Positions 25,944 to 37,174 of a DNA stretch of 64,000 nt are shown here, piece after piece. The DNA is from Octopus bimaculoides (lineage: Eukaryota): contig NC_069007.1 of assembly GCF_001194135.2 (NCBI RefSeq), positions 2,261,028 through 2,325,027 of the forward strand. The letters are read 5' to 3'. The notes beneath the pieces are model-generated. The model was not told where the DNA came from, made no database searches, and saw only the letters and a list, made by a program, of their open reading frames with translations. How positions within the stretch are numbered: position 1 is the first letter of the stretch; every line of letters begins with the position of its first letter. A program made the position numbers and the translations under genes.

Positions 25944-26715
25944 CTCCAGGCAGAAAGCTTTGAAAATTTGGGGGGAAGGAGACTAGTCGATTATATCGAC
26001 CCCAGTGCATAACTGGTACTTAGGATCTATTTTAAAACGGGGGCCACATTTTTCATTAATGTTTTACGTAGTGTTTTTGGTACCGAAAGACTTTCAAACT
26101 TCGTATACTTATCTATTTTGTGTTATAGAACAGAAAAATATTTTTGTATTCGAATTTATTTCATGTAAAAAATTGTCTTATTTCGATAATTTCAACCAAT
26201 CACTGACAAGTATTCAGTTGTTTACATTTACTCCTTTGGCTGATTAAGCGATGTAAAGCGTATTTAATCTCCATACCTTCGTTTTATTTGCTATTTTCAT
26301 TTTAAATTTGCTTTAACCCTAACCCTAGGTTTAGGGTTAATTGTTTCAGAATCGTTTGTTTATGTAGTCGGCACTTAATGTATATCGGCTGAATGGACGT
26401 CAGTGACTGGTTGAAATTACAGAAATACGACAACTTTAACATGGAATAACTTATGGATTTCTTTTTTTTAAAGAAGACTAAGAGAAAAAGATGTTTTATA
26501 TGACACATTCTACCAGTGTTCCAAGTTTCAAAGTGTTTCGTTAATGAAAAATGTGGCCCCCGTTTTAAAAAAGATCCGGTACTTATTTTATCGACCCAAA
26601 AGGATGAAAAGTAAAGTCGACCTCGCCGGGATTTTGAACTCATTAAGTAATGGCAGATAAAATTCCTCCAAGCATTTGAACCGGCGTGCTGACGATTCTG
26701 CGAGCTCATCACCCT
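25944..26715 (-). mobile_element. tRNA-SINE group D split by a MITE
   Basis: Removing the MITE and one TSD copy restores CCCAGTGCATAACTGGTACTTATTTTATCGACCC; head lies at 26680-26715. Confidence 0.9.
26023..26577. mobile_element. 555-bp MITE, 37-bp TIR, 8-bp TSD (Merlin-like or hAT-like)
   Basis: TIR GGATCT(A/T)TTTTAAAACGGGGGCCACATTTTTCATTAA at 26023-26059 and 26541-26577 (1 mismatch). TSD GGTACTTA at 26015-26022 and 26578-26585. Subterminal arms are also inverted. Confidence 0.95.
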
Positions 26716-28104
26716 ACACCTAAAACGATATTGCGTTACTTATCTCATGTTACATACAACTGGAGTTGGAAATATAACGACAAAATTTTGATATTCAAAC
26801 TGCACAAGTCGGCAAATTGGCAGAATAGTTAGCCTCAGGAAGACAATTCCTGCAGAGAGCTAACGACGTTACCTTATGGGACCGCCATATTTAGTTGGCA
26901 AATATATTTTATGAGATATATATATATATATATATATGATTATCAGTTACAGAATAAAAGCATTACATTTGGGTCAACGACACAATATACAAAGTCCCCT
27001 CAATAAACGGTCATATATAAGAAATACATCAAAGTCCACAAATACATAAGAAAATATATATAAAAAAATAGAATACAACATAAAACACACAATATAAAAG
27101 TTTCTATGTTTTTTTTCTACTAATAACATACAAATAAATCAAATTTGAGTTAAAAATGTAACAAAATATATATATTTTTTTTTATAATTCCAATTCGAAT
27201 AAAATTCAGCGATTAAAAATTCAAAATAGACAAATAAAGCAAAATGGAATAAGATAAAATGAAGTAAAATAAAATACTATAATAGTTCATCGGCTAAAAA
27301 CTATATCTGAGGACAAAACTTTAAAATGACAAAAAGCTTTAAAATAATTTAACATCATTTAAAGTTATATTAGAAAGTTCTGTACTTACCTCAAGGTACA
27401 CGTAATAACAGCAGACTTCCATAGGTAAAATCCGTTTCTGCCCACCCCACCAAACTTACAAAAGTTCTTAAAGACCACTGGTCAAAAAACATAGGTCAAA
27501 GCACCTATAGCCATTTCAAGGGTTCACTACCGTAGCCCATACACGTCATAGTGCAATCCGGTGATGACCCCCTCCTCAACGTAACAATTACAAACAAGCA
27601 TCAGGACATGAAAAAAAAAATTATTTTTTTGTCTATGACAGGCTTATATAGTCAATCGGGAAAAACTATTCCACGTCACGAATAAAAAAAAAAATTCAAA
27701 TTGGCTGTAGTAACTAATGTAATCATCCAGGTTTCAAATCATCCTAACGCAGACAAATAATCTTATTTATTTTTCTATTTTTATTTTTATTTCTATATTC
27801 CTTCAAAAAAGTGGAGGAAAACCTATGATTGCAGAAGGGAATCACTTCAGTGAATTCATTTAAAGTTTTCGGCCCAAACAACCTAAGAATAGTGAGGGAT
27901 TCCCTAATACACAATAGACATTTGCTAATATTTGCTCTAAAATAAGGGGCTCTCGATACAATCGACCCTTCAAGAGAGTATTTCTTATTTTTCTTCTTAA
28001 GGTCGTGTACATGGAATGCGAGAGTTGTGGAGTTGCAATACTTTTCATTTGAAAATGAACTCAAATGGGCTCTATATCTTGCTTTGAAATCTATCGTACT
28101 TCCT

Positions 28105-28185
28105 TTGATCGACTAAGAATACCCTTCAAGGGGGTGCTCCATCGTGGCCACGGACAAATGACTGAAGCAAGTAAAGAAATATGCT
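28105..28185 (+). mobile_element. Isolated SINE A/B-type 3' tail
   Basis: GATCGACTAAG..GGTGCTCCATCGTGGCCACGGACAAATGACTGAAGCAAGTAAAG. Confidence 0.7.
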
Positions 28186-28264
28186 TAGATAGATAGATAG
28201 ATAGATAGATAAATAAACAGACAGACAGGTAGGTCGGTAGGTAGGTAGGTAGGTAAATTGATAG

Positions 28265-28520
28265 ATAAATTTCTTTATTAGCCACACAGGGCCGAACAGA
28301 GAGGGGACAGAATACAATGTAGAGCTCTTCTTTTCGAAAATAGAAAAAAATAAGGAGAAAAATAAAATTCCGATCAAAAGGGAACGTGAGATTAAAAACT
28401 ATCAAAAGGGATCGTGTATCACAGAAGAACTTTAAAAGTGTAAAAAGCAAGATTAGGTTTATCTGTGAAAAGAAAAGCCTACGGAAAAGGCAACGGTAAC
28501 CTCAGGCAGAGAGGGAATAA
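28265..28520 (-). mobile_element. Probable LINE 3' UTR sharing its end with a SINE D tail
   Basis: Pyrimidine-rich minus strand ending TGTCCCCTCTCTGTTCGGCCCTGTGTGGCTAATAAAGAAAT; no SINE body upstream. Confidence 0.5.
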
Positions 28521-28556
28521 ACACATGAGAATAGATAGATAGATAGAGAGAGAAAG

Positions 28557-28589
<33 letters not shown>

Positions 28590-28745
28590 GAGAGTCAGAT
28601 AGATAGATAGATAGATAGATAGATATAAATTTCCGTTGCTAATAGACGTTAGGCTGCAGTCATATTAGAACAGCAGCTCAAAGATTTGCAATCGATCATA
28701 CAGACCCAATCACATATTTTTTTTTGTGAAGTCTTTTATTTTAGC

Positions 28746-28802
<57 letters not shown>

Positions 28803-29370
28803 NNNNNNNNNNNNNNNNNNNNNNNNNNNNNNNNNNNNNNNNNNNNNNNNNNNNNNNNNNNNNNNNNNNNNNNNNNNNNNNNNNNNNNNNNNNNNNNNNN
28901 NNNNNNNNNNNNNNNNNNNNNNNNNNNNNNNNNNNNNNNNNNNNNNNNNNNNNNNNNNNNNNNNNNNNNNNNNNNNNNNNNNNNNNNNNNNNNNNNNNNN
29001 NNNNNNNNNNNNNNNNNNNNNNNNNNNNNNNNNNNNNNNNNNNNNNNNNNNNNNNNNNNNNNNNNNNNNNNNNNNNNNNNNNNNNNNNNNNNNNNNNNNN
29101 NNNNNNNNNNNNNNNNNNNNNNNNNNNNNNNNNNNNNNNNNNNNNNNNNNNNNNNNNNNNNNNNNNNNNNNNGGGAAACAATTCGTTTGTTTTAGAGGAA
29201 TCAATCAACAGATCTGCATATCGGACACCACTCCGTCTAAGGGGTCATCTTGTTAGGATGGGCACTTTTTCGAGGCCATCCACGTGGAATTTCTCACGTT
29301 CCTGCTGAATCCACTGTGCAGTATTCGATTCCATGTCCATTTGGAGATCAGAAAAATATCTGTCTGCATT

Positions 29371-29419
<49 letters not shown>

Positions 29420-30169
29420 ATCTATCTATCTCTATTTATCTATTGCTGTATATGTGTGTATGTGCGTGTGTGTGCATGTGTACGTATGTATGCATGTATG
29501 TAGCAGAATATACAGGTCGATAGATTTCATATGTAAATTGTGGTGGGAGAAAGAGAAAGATAAAATGGAAGTGGAAAATAAAAATACGATGAAGTCTTGC
29601 ACGAATAGGAATGTTTCTCTCCTCAGCCATTTTTACCTCGTCCTTCACGCAATTTCTCTCCCCGTGGCTTCCGAATAGTTGAAAGCTCTCTGGGGTGGTT
29701 GAACGACTGGGATTGCTGGACAATTATCTTGATCGATAACTGGATCTGTGCTGAACCGAAAAGCAAGAACACTCCGACGTAAGTCGATAGTCCACAAGTC
29801 ATCAATCCACAGATTTTACAGATGTGAATGCAGTGCGGTTTTGTTGAATCATTTCCATTTCAAACACACCTGACCGATGGAAATTCCGTATCTGTGGACT
29901 TTGTCTCAAACAGAATGGCCCGTCAGTAGCACTGAAGGGATAGGATTTCAAGAAACTATATATGTTTTTCTCAGGCCGGAAACCTTTCCTGAACAGACCA
30001 GGAAATTCATTTTCCTCGACCCTTAGGGCCTCCCCTAGCATGCCATAGAAATTACTCTTCACAACAGAACCCAATTTATGACAATACAGCCTGAAGAAAC
30101 ATGTGGAAATTATTCTCATTTCCAGTACCTTCATTGCAACGTGTTCCCTAAACGCTTCTTCTAACTTGT

Positions 30170-30400
30170 TAACAAGCGCGCCCTCCTGTCTATGCTTCTC
30201 TATCACAAGGATTTCACAAGATCTAAACGCTTAAACGCCTTCTTATTTCGCCCAATCTGCGGTGGTTATCGATTGTCCCCGGCAACTGCCGCGTAGTTAG
30301 CTGTCTGCCGCGTAACCTCCGATTAATGTCCTGAAGCCGCCTCCCCTTTCGTGGCTCCTTTCGAAGTCGAGAAGTTACAATCTTGTGCTCTGTCTAAATT
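30170..30400. promoter_or_regulatory. CpG-enriched promoter-like unique segment (candidate)
   Basis: Locally high CpG; CCAAT 30252-30256; DRE-like TATCGAT 30267-30273; direct repeat CTGCCGCGTA at 30286-30295 and 30305-30314. Confidence 0.3.
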
Positions 30401-30479
30401 GTGGATACACTTCCTAAACTTTATAAACTAACCTGGAGAACAATCTAGGTTAAGTGGCGATGAGAAGAAAGATGGAGGC

Positions 30480-30875
30480 GTCAACGTGGATGATTATAAT
30501 GTCGATGATGATGATTAGGTGGTTGATTACGAATTTAGCGAAGATTGTGATGATGATAGAGACGACGATGATGATGATGATGATGATGATAATGATGATG
30601 ATGACGACGACTACGACTACAACGATGATGATGATGACGAAGATGATGATGATGATGATGACGATGGCGCTGATGATTATGAGTGATGATGTCGATAACG
30701 ATGATGATGGTGATGGTGGTGGTGGTGATGGTGGTTGGTTTTGATGGTGGTGACGATGTTAAAGACGACGAAGACGATGATGATGACGGTGATGATGATT
30801 ATTATTTTGATAACGGTTGCAGTAATAGTAGTGGTGGGGGTTCGTGGGTGGTGATGATGACGATGATAATCATAT
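30480..30875. repeat. (GAT/GAC/GGT)n trinucleotide mosaic
   Basis: Direct reading; source of poly-M/poly-H pseudo-ORFs. Confidence 0.95.
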
Positions 30876-31030
30876 GAATAGCACAAAAAATACCAATTCC
30901 TTTACTAATACAGTCGAAAGAAAAAAGAAAATAGAAGCCAATAAAAATTTGGCTCATTGCGGAATGTCATTCTATTACCGCTTTCACTGTTGTTATTAAA
31001 TGCATACAGTTTTGCCTTGCTCCATTTATC

Positions 31031-31050
31031 ATTATTATTTTTATTATTAC

Positions 31051-31090
<40 letters not shown>

Positions 31091-31246
31091 GATATTATTA
31101 TCATCATCATCGTCATCATTATTAGGCTTTTTAATGTTATTTTTATATCGCTAGCTTTTTAATCTTCTGCTCTCTCACCGCGGTATATTTGGCGTAAAAG
31201 TGTAGAAAAGAAAAAAAAAAAAGAATTAATAATAATAATAATGATG

Positions 31247-31312
<66 letters not shown>

Positions 31313-31330
31313 GTAATAATAATAATAATA
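31031..31330. repeat. Inverted pair of (ATT)n/(AAT)n compound microsatellites
   Basis: Left 31031-31124 and right 31227-31330 are mutually complementary, including their interruptions. Confidence 0.8.
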
Positions 31331-32374
31331 GTAAAAGCAACAACAACAATAACTTCAACTACAAACACACAACACCAAGCAACGAATATAAGAAAGCTAG
31401 GAATATGAACGGCAGTATTAAGTTCTTTGAAATGGCTTATTTTCTTCCAAAACAATCCCCCCTTCATTCCGCTTTTGTATTCGCAACGCGGGGGTCATAT
31501 CAGGAATGAGGTTTGTTTCCCCTGTTTATTTCACTTATTCTCAACACTTTTCATTCCCTACCTATGCACCCCCACCCATGGTCTTTCTACAACGCCATTT
31601 CTTTTTCTCTCTCTTTTTCTTTCTTTCTATTACTCTCTTTCTCGCTTTCTCTACGTTTCTTTCTCCTATTTCTCTTTATCTCTCTCTGTATCTCTGTTTA
31701 TTTTCCACGCAATTGTCCATTTCCAGCACACTGATTTCATTGATAAAAGAAACTCTAGCTAGTTTCATTCTGCACCAGCAGCACCGAGCATTCAATATTT
31801 CTCTGTTTGTATATGTATGGATGTGTGTGTATTTCTCCATGAATGGGTGCATAAGTGTGTCTCGGTTTCCTATGCGTAAACCGTACACATTTATACACCC
31901 ACACTCATGAAGCATACATGCCCACACACGCCTATATTCATATACATATAAACATATATGTGTGTGTTTGTCTACATACAAATGCATATATATAATTGTA
32001 TATATATATATATATATANNNNNNNNNNNNNNNNNNNNNNNNNNNNNNNNNNNNNNNNNNNNNNNNNNNNNNNNNNNNNNNNNNNNNNNNNNNNNNNNNN
32101 NNNNNNNNNNNNNNNNNNTATGCTACCAATTCTAGTCTTAGGTATTCCTCGTGTGTGAAAATAAAAAGAAACCATGGATGTTGTAGCATAGAAATCTAGA
32201 TTTACTTACGGAGACTGCAACTGAGTATTGCCTGAGGAGATGCATTTAGATCTTCTTATACCGGTAAATCGTTACATAATCTAATTTAAACTTGACAGTG
32301 AGCAAATGAGCAAGATTTAAAAGCCGTTGAACGAGTTAAAAATATACCTGGATCATGATTTCGAATTCTGGCCT

Positions 32375-32475
32375 CAACTCTCATCTGCAGGTCTTGTGGA
32401 TAGAATAGAAGAGACTTACCCAAGGTGTTACGTAGTGGAATTGAACCCGGATGCATGTGGTTGGGAAGCAAGCTT

Positions 32476-32478
<3 letters not shown>
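32375..32478 (-). mobile_element. tRNA-SINE group A, 5' half
   Basis: Minus strand AAGAAGCTTGCTTCCCAACCACATGCATCCGGGTTCAATTCCAC..CACCTTGGGTAAGTCTCTTCTATT. Confidence 0.8.
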
Positions 32479-32521
<43 letters not shown>

Positions 32522-33200
32522 AAATGTATTATATTCATATATAGATCACTAAAATGCGGCACGAAACCGATTTGGAGTGAAAATGTATGTTCCACATCGC
32601 ACTCAAGTATCCAGTGTAGAAAGATTCTGGACATCAATCTTGGGATTGGCTAGTGTTCGGAACATGAGCTAAATAATCGAAAAGCATAATAATATGCAGA
32701 AAAGTTCTTTAAAGGACATACACGCGTTTCACTAAACTGTCGAAATAATTACATAGCATTAGTCGTAACATTATACAATCATGCAAAGCACCTCATTAGT
32801 GCTCTGCAATAAATGTTGTATATACAACATCGATGATTGTATATAATTACAATAATCGATCTTCCAGATATATATATACTTTTCCCTTTTATGCAAATAG
32901 CAAATAATCAACAGCCCTGAACATTACATGAAATAGCTGGCGACAGACCAAATATATGGAGGGAGTTCGAACAAAACTACACCACTCTCAAAACCAAATA
33001 TGAGCGAGGAGAAAGTGTGGAATAGAAAGTGGGAAGGAGAGAGACGGGGAGAAAAAGAAAGAAAGGAAAATACAAATACCATTAACAACCATTAAAACCT
33101 TTACAACTTACTCGTCTTATTTTATGGTTTTACAATATATCCCCTTCTCTTCCTTTTTCTAATCCTCACGAACTTCCTCTCACTTTTTCCTTCTTGCTCT

Positions 33201-33231
<31 letters not shown>

Positions 33232-33885
33232 GCTCTGTATCTATCTATCTATTTATCGATCTCTTTGGTTGTTTTTTTTTTCTATCAGCTAGGGTTTCGT
33301 AAAAAAACATAACACTAATTAAATAAAGATAAAGAAAATACAAGATCAGACGTCGAATAACGGTATTTTTTAAATAAGTGGATCAGATACCTTCCGGTAT
33401 GTGTCTCCACTATTGGCCTTCTGCATTGTATAACCATCTTTATCCATGCGGATAACGAACACCTCGGAGATAAATAAATATAGCTCAGATGGCAGACAGA
33501 AATTCATTTCTGTTGTATCAATAGAAAACAGAAGCAGGCAAATCCTGCGCATATCGTGATAGCATCTCTGACAGAACTAAAAGCTTTTATTGGTTTCCGT
33601 TATTTTACCGAAAGTAATATACGTGGTGGTCTTCAATTCCATAAACGAATAAATGGACAATCATTCTGGCAAATATATACTTCATATTATGACCCGCAAG
33701 TGGATGAAAGGCGGATTTCATTTCAGTGGATTTTGAAAGCAAGATGGAAAGGAAAGTTATTAAAGTAAGCGTTTAGTCTGACAATTTACAGATTTTGTCC
33801 ATCAATATATTGCATGTTCCAGACATATGGAAACCCTCGAGTAGGAATCCATGAACCTGGTACGAGTAAATACGAGCACAGTCGT

Positions 33886-34040
33886 GGGTGTGTGGTAAGA
33901 AGCGTGCTTTCCAACCACACGGTTCCGGGTTCAGTACCACTGAGTGGCATCTTGTGCGAGTGTCTTCTACTATAGCATCGAAAAGACCAATGCAATGTGA
34001 GTGGATTTTGTAGACGGAAAGTGACAGAAGCTTGCCGCAT
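33886..34040 (+). mobile_element. tRNA-SINE group A, 5' half
   Basis: GTGTGTGGTAAGAAGCGTGCTTTCCAACCACACGGTTCCGGGTTCAGTACCAC..GTGTCTTCTACTATAGC..GTAGACGGAAA followed by (CA)n(TA)n. Confidence 0.9.
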
Positions 34041-34049
34041 ACATGCATG

Positions 34050-34139
<90 letters not shown>

Positions 34140-34625
34140 NNNNNNNNNNNNNNNNNNNNNNNNNNNNNNNNNNNNNNNNNNNNNNNNNNNNNNNNNNNNN
34201 NNNNNNNNNNNNNNNNNNNNNNNNNNNNNNNNNNNNNNNNNNNNNNNNNNNNNNNNNNNNNNNNNNNNNNNNNNNNNNNNNNNNNNNNNNNNNNNNNNNN
34301 NNNNNNNNNNNNNNNNNNNNNNNNNNNNNNNNNNNNNNNNNNNNNNNNNNNNNNNNNNNNNNNNNNNNNNNNNNNNNNNNNNNNNNNNNNNNNNNNNNNN
34401 NNNNNNNNNNNNNNNNNNNNNNNNNNNNNNNNNNNNNNNNNNNNNNNNNNNNNNNNNNNNNNNNNNNNNNNNNNNNNNNNNNNNNNNNNNNNNNNNNNNN
34501 NNNNNNNNNNNNNNNNNNNNNNNNNNNNNNNNNNNNNNNNNNNNNNNNNNNNNNNNNNNNNNNNNNNNNNNNNNNNNNNNNNNNNNNNNNNNNNNNNNNN
34601 NNNNNNNNNNNNNNNNNNNNNNNNN

Positions 34626-34656
<31 letters not shown>

Positions 34657-35398
34657 TATATATATTATATACACATATATAGATATATATGCACACACAC
34701 ACGTGTGTGCATCTCAACAATACGTGTAAGTACGTTATGACAAGCGGTGCGAAGAATCGTCCGGTAGGATGTTCGATACTGTTATATGTAAATGTACAAG
34801 TGTTTGTGTGTGGTGGGGGTATGTGTATGATGTTTGTATCCTGAAAGCTACCTCACACAAATATACTGCATCAACCGGTAAAAGGCACATTTATGAAATC
34901 CTCATTAGGTTAATGCACTAACATAACCCGACACATCATGGTAAACGTTAAAATAAGTAAATCTCCCGACATAAAATTAACCTCAGATATATGCAAAATA
35001 AAAAACACAGTATACGATAGTTGGAATGTGTTAGTTCCTTGGCATGTTCAGGGTCAAAGATGAATAATGGTACGTATTTATTTAAGGCACAATTAGTCAT
35101 CGATACACCTAAAGATGTCATGCATGTAGCGCAGTTCAGCTATCCACTCTCACCCCTATACCAAGCGTGTACGACAACCAGCATTACATATTTTGTTATA
35201 CAATATCCAGATGAAGAAATAAAGTCAATTAAACCAGGATCGAATACGAAAGAAGAGCCTATTGAAATCAAGAATACGTTTGTTTTATAAATACTTTCAG
35301 AATTTTAAGCAGTTCTGTGTCTTTTCAACAAAGCCTGGCGCACCCAAAACAGCATTTCCGAGTAATGCTGTGGAAACGAAATTTTGAATAACTATTCT

Positions 35399-35590
35399 TT
35401 TCTACTCTAGGCACAAGGCCCGAAATTTGGGAGGAGGGGCCCAGCCGATTAGATCGGCCCCAGGATGCAACTGGTACTTAATTTGTCGGCTCCGAAAGGA
35501 TGAAAGATAAAGTCGACCTCGGCGGAATTTGAACTCAGAACGTAAAAACAGACAAAAAAACCGCTCAGCATTTCGCGCAGCGAGCTAACC
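35399..35590 (-). mobile_element. tRNA-SINE group D, tail variant AAATTTCGGGCCTTGTGCCTAGAGTAGA
   Basis: B-box region TTCTGAGTTCAAATTCCGCCGAGGTCGACTTT and central domain intact. Confidence 0.9.
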
Positions 35591-35620
35591 TTACTCTTAA
35601 CGACTACGCCATATGCCCAC

Positions 35621-35885
35621 GGGCATATGGCGTAGTGGTTAGGAGTGCGGGCTACTAACCCCAAGATTCCGAGTTCGATTCCAAGCAGTGACTTGAATAA
35701 TAATAATAAAAAAAATAATAATAATAATGATAACATCGAAAAATAACCAATGAATGGGAACAGAGATTCCAAATTTCCCCAAGACAGCTGAAGAAGGCTT
35801 CAGGGTGTATCAGCCGAAACGTTGTGTCAACAAGGAACAAGATGAATGCAAATATCCGTCAAATGTAAATAATTTAAATAATGTC
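35621..35885 (+). mobile_element. tRNA-headed SINE-like element with PLE-type hammerhead tail
   Basis: A box TGGCGTAGTGG 35628-35638; B box GTTCGATTC 35673-35681; (AAT)n linker ~35697-35730; HHR motif; tail shared with 21541-21615; inverted copy of its head at 35595-35618. Confidence 0.85.
35783..35828 (+). ncRNA. Minimal type-I hammerhead ribozyme motif
   Basis: GACAG / CTGAAGA / A / GGCT-12nt-AGCC / GAAA / CG / T T / GTGTC. Stem I 4 of 5 pairs, stem II 4 bp, palindromic ACGT stem III, cleavage triplet GUU. Confidence 0.75.
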
Positions 35886-36144
35886 CTAACAGCATATCAG
35901 TGTTCGAAAATTTTGGAGTCTTGAGAACTTCTCAGGTGGAGCAGGGCATATTTACCTTTTTGTAATTATGATATTGTGGTGGAGATATAAATTTAACAAG
36001 TCTCGAAGTTTTGTTACAAGGTTTTTTTAGATCCTGGTATTCGTTCACACGCACAAACACACACACACACGCACAAACACACACACACACACACACGCAC
36101 AAACACACACACAAATATTTTTTTTTTTTCTAATACACACACAC

Positions 36145-36189
<45 letters not shown>

Positions 36190-37123
36190 GGGAGAGATAG
36201 ATAGATGGATAGATAGATAGATAGATAGTAGGCAGGTATATAGGTAAAACAATGGGAAGGCTAATATGGATGTATATATAGGTAGATACGTATATTGTCA
36301 GATAGAGAGATAAATTAATAACATTATGCGCTTGTTTGATAGAATACTTTTCTATACGTTTACGAACGTCTTTATGTCTGTATGAATAGATGCATATTGA
36401 CTGATATATTAAATGATAGATATAACCTGATAGCTAGAGTGTAGTATATCAATTTCGAGATAGATGTCAAAACAATACATTCAACATACGTTCAATGATT
36501 CCTCGGACAGGAACAAAACCACACACACACACGCACACACATATTTGGCATGTATGCGTAACTATAAAGTGCGAACATACGAGAGAGCTGCTGGGTGAGA
36601 CAAGTTGCACGTCAGTGCAGCTGGGGAATTCTTGAGCGCATGCTCGTTAAACATATATGCATACACATACACACCTACACTCTCCACCACATACATATGT
36701 TTGTGCGTGTGAATATATAAATGTATATATATATATATANNNNNNNNNNNNNNNNNNNNNNNNNNNNNNNNNNNNNNNNNNNNNNNNNNNNNNNNNNNNN
36801 NNNNNNNNNNNNNNNNNNNNNNNNNNNNNNNNNNNNNNNNNNNNNNNNNNNNNNNNNNNNNNNNNNNNNNNNNNNNNNNNNNNNNNNNNNNNNNNNNNNN
36901 NNNNNNNNNNNNNNNNNNNNNNNNNNNNNNNNNNNNNNNNNNNNNNNNNNNNNNNNNNNNNNNNNNNNNNNNNNNNNNNNNNNNNNNNNNNNNNNNNNNN
37001 NNNNNNNNNNNNNNNNNNNNNNNNNNNNNNNNNNNNNNNNNNNNNNNNNNNNNNNNNNNNNNNNNNNNNNNNNNNNNNNNNNNNNNNNNNNNNNNNNNNN
37101 NNNNNNNNNNNNNNNNNNNNNNN

Positions 37124-37174
<51 letters not shown>

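Noticed and set aside
29802-30206. 134-aa minus-strand ORF as a gypsy RT fragment
   Set aside because: Only vague similarity (YPFS..GP; YVGVFL in another frame); no YxDD motif.
33556-33768. ELKAFIG motif suggesting a piggyBac remnant
   Set aside because: One short motif; no TTAA/TIR or further conserved blocks.
35621-35692. Functional tRNA gene
   Set aside because: The acceptor and T stems do not pair, and it continues into a repeat body, so it is a SINE head.
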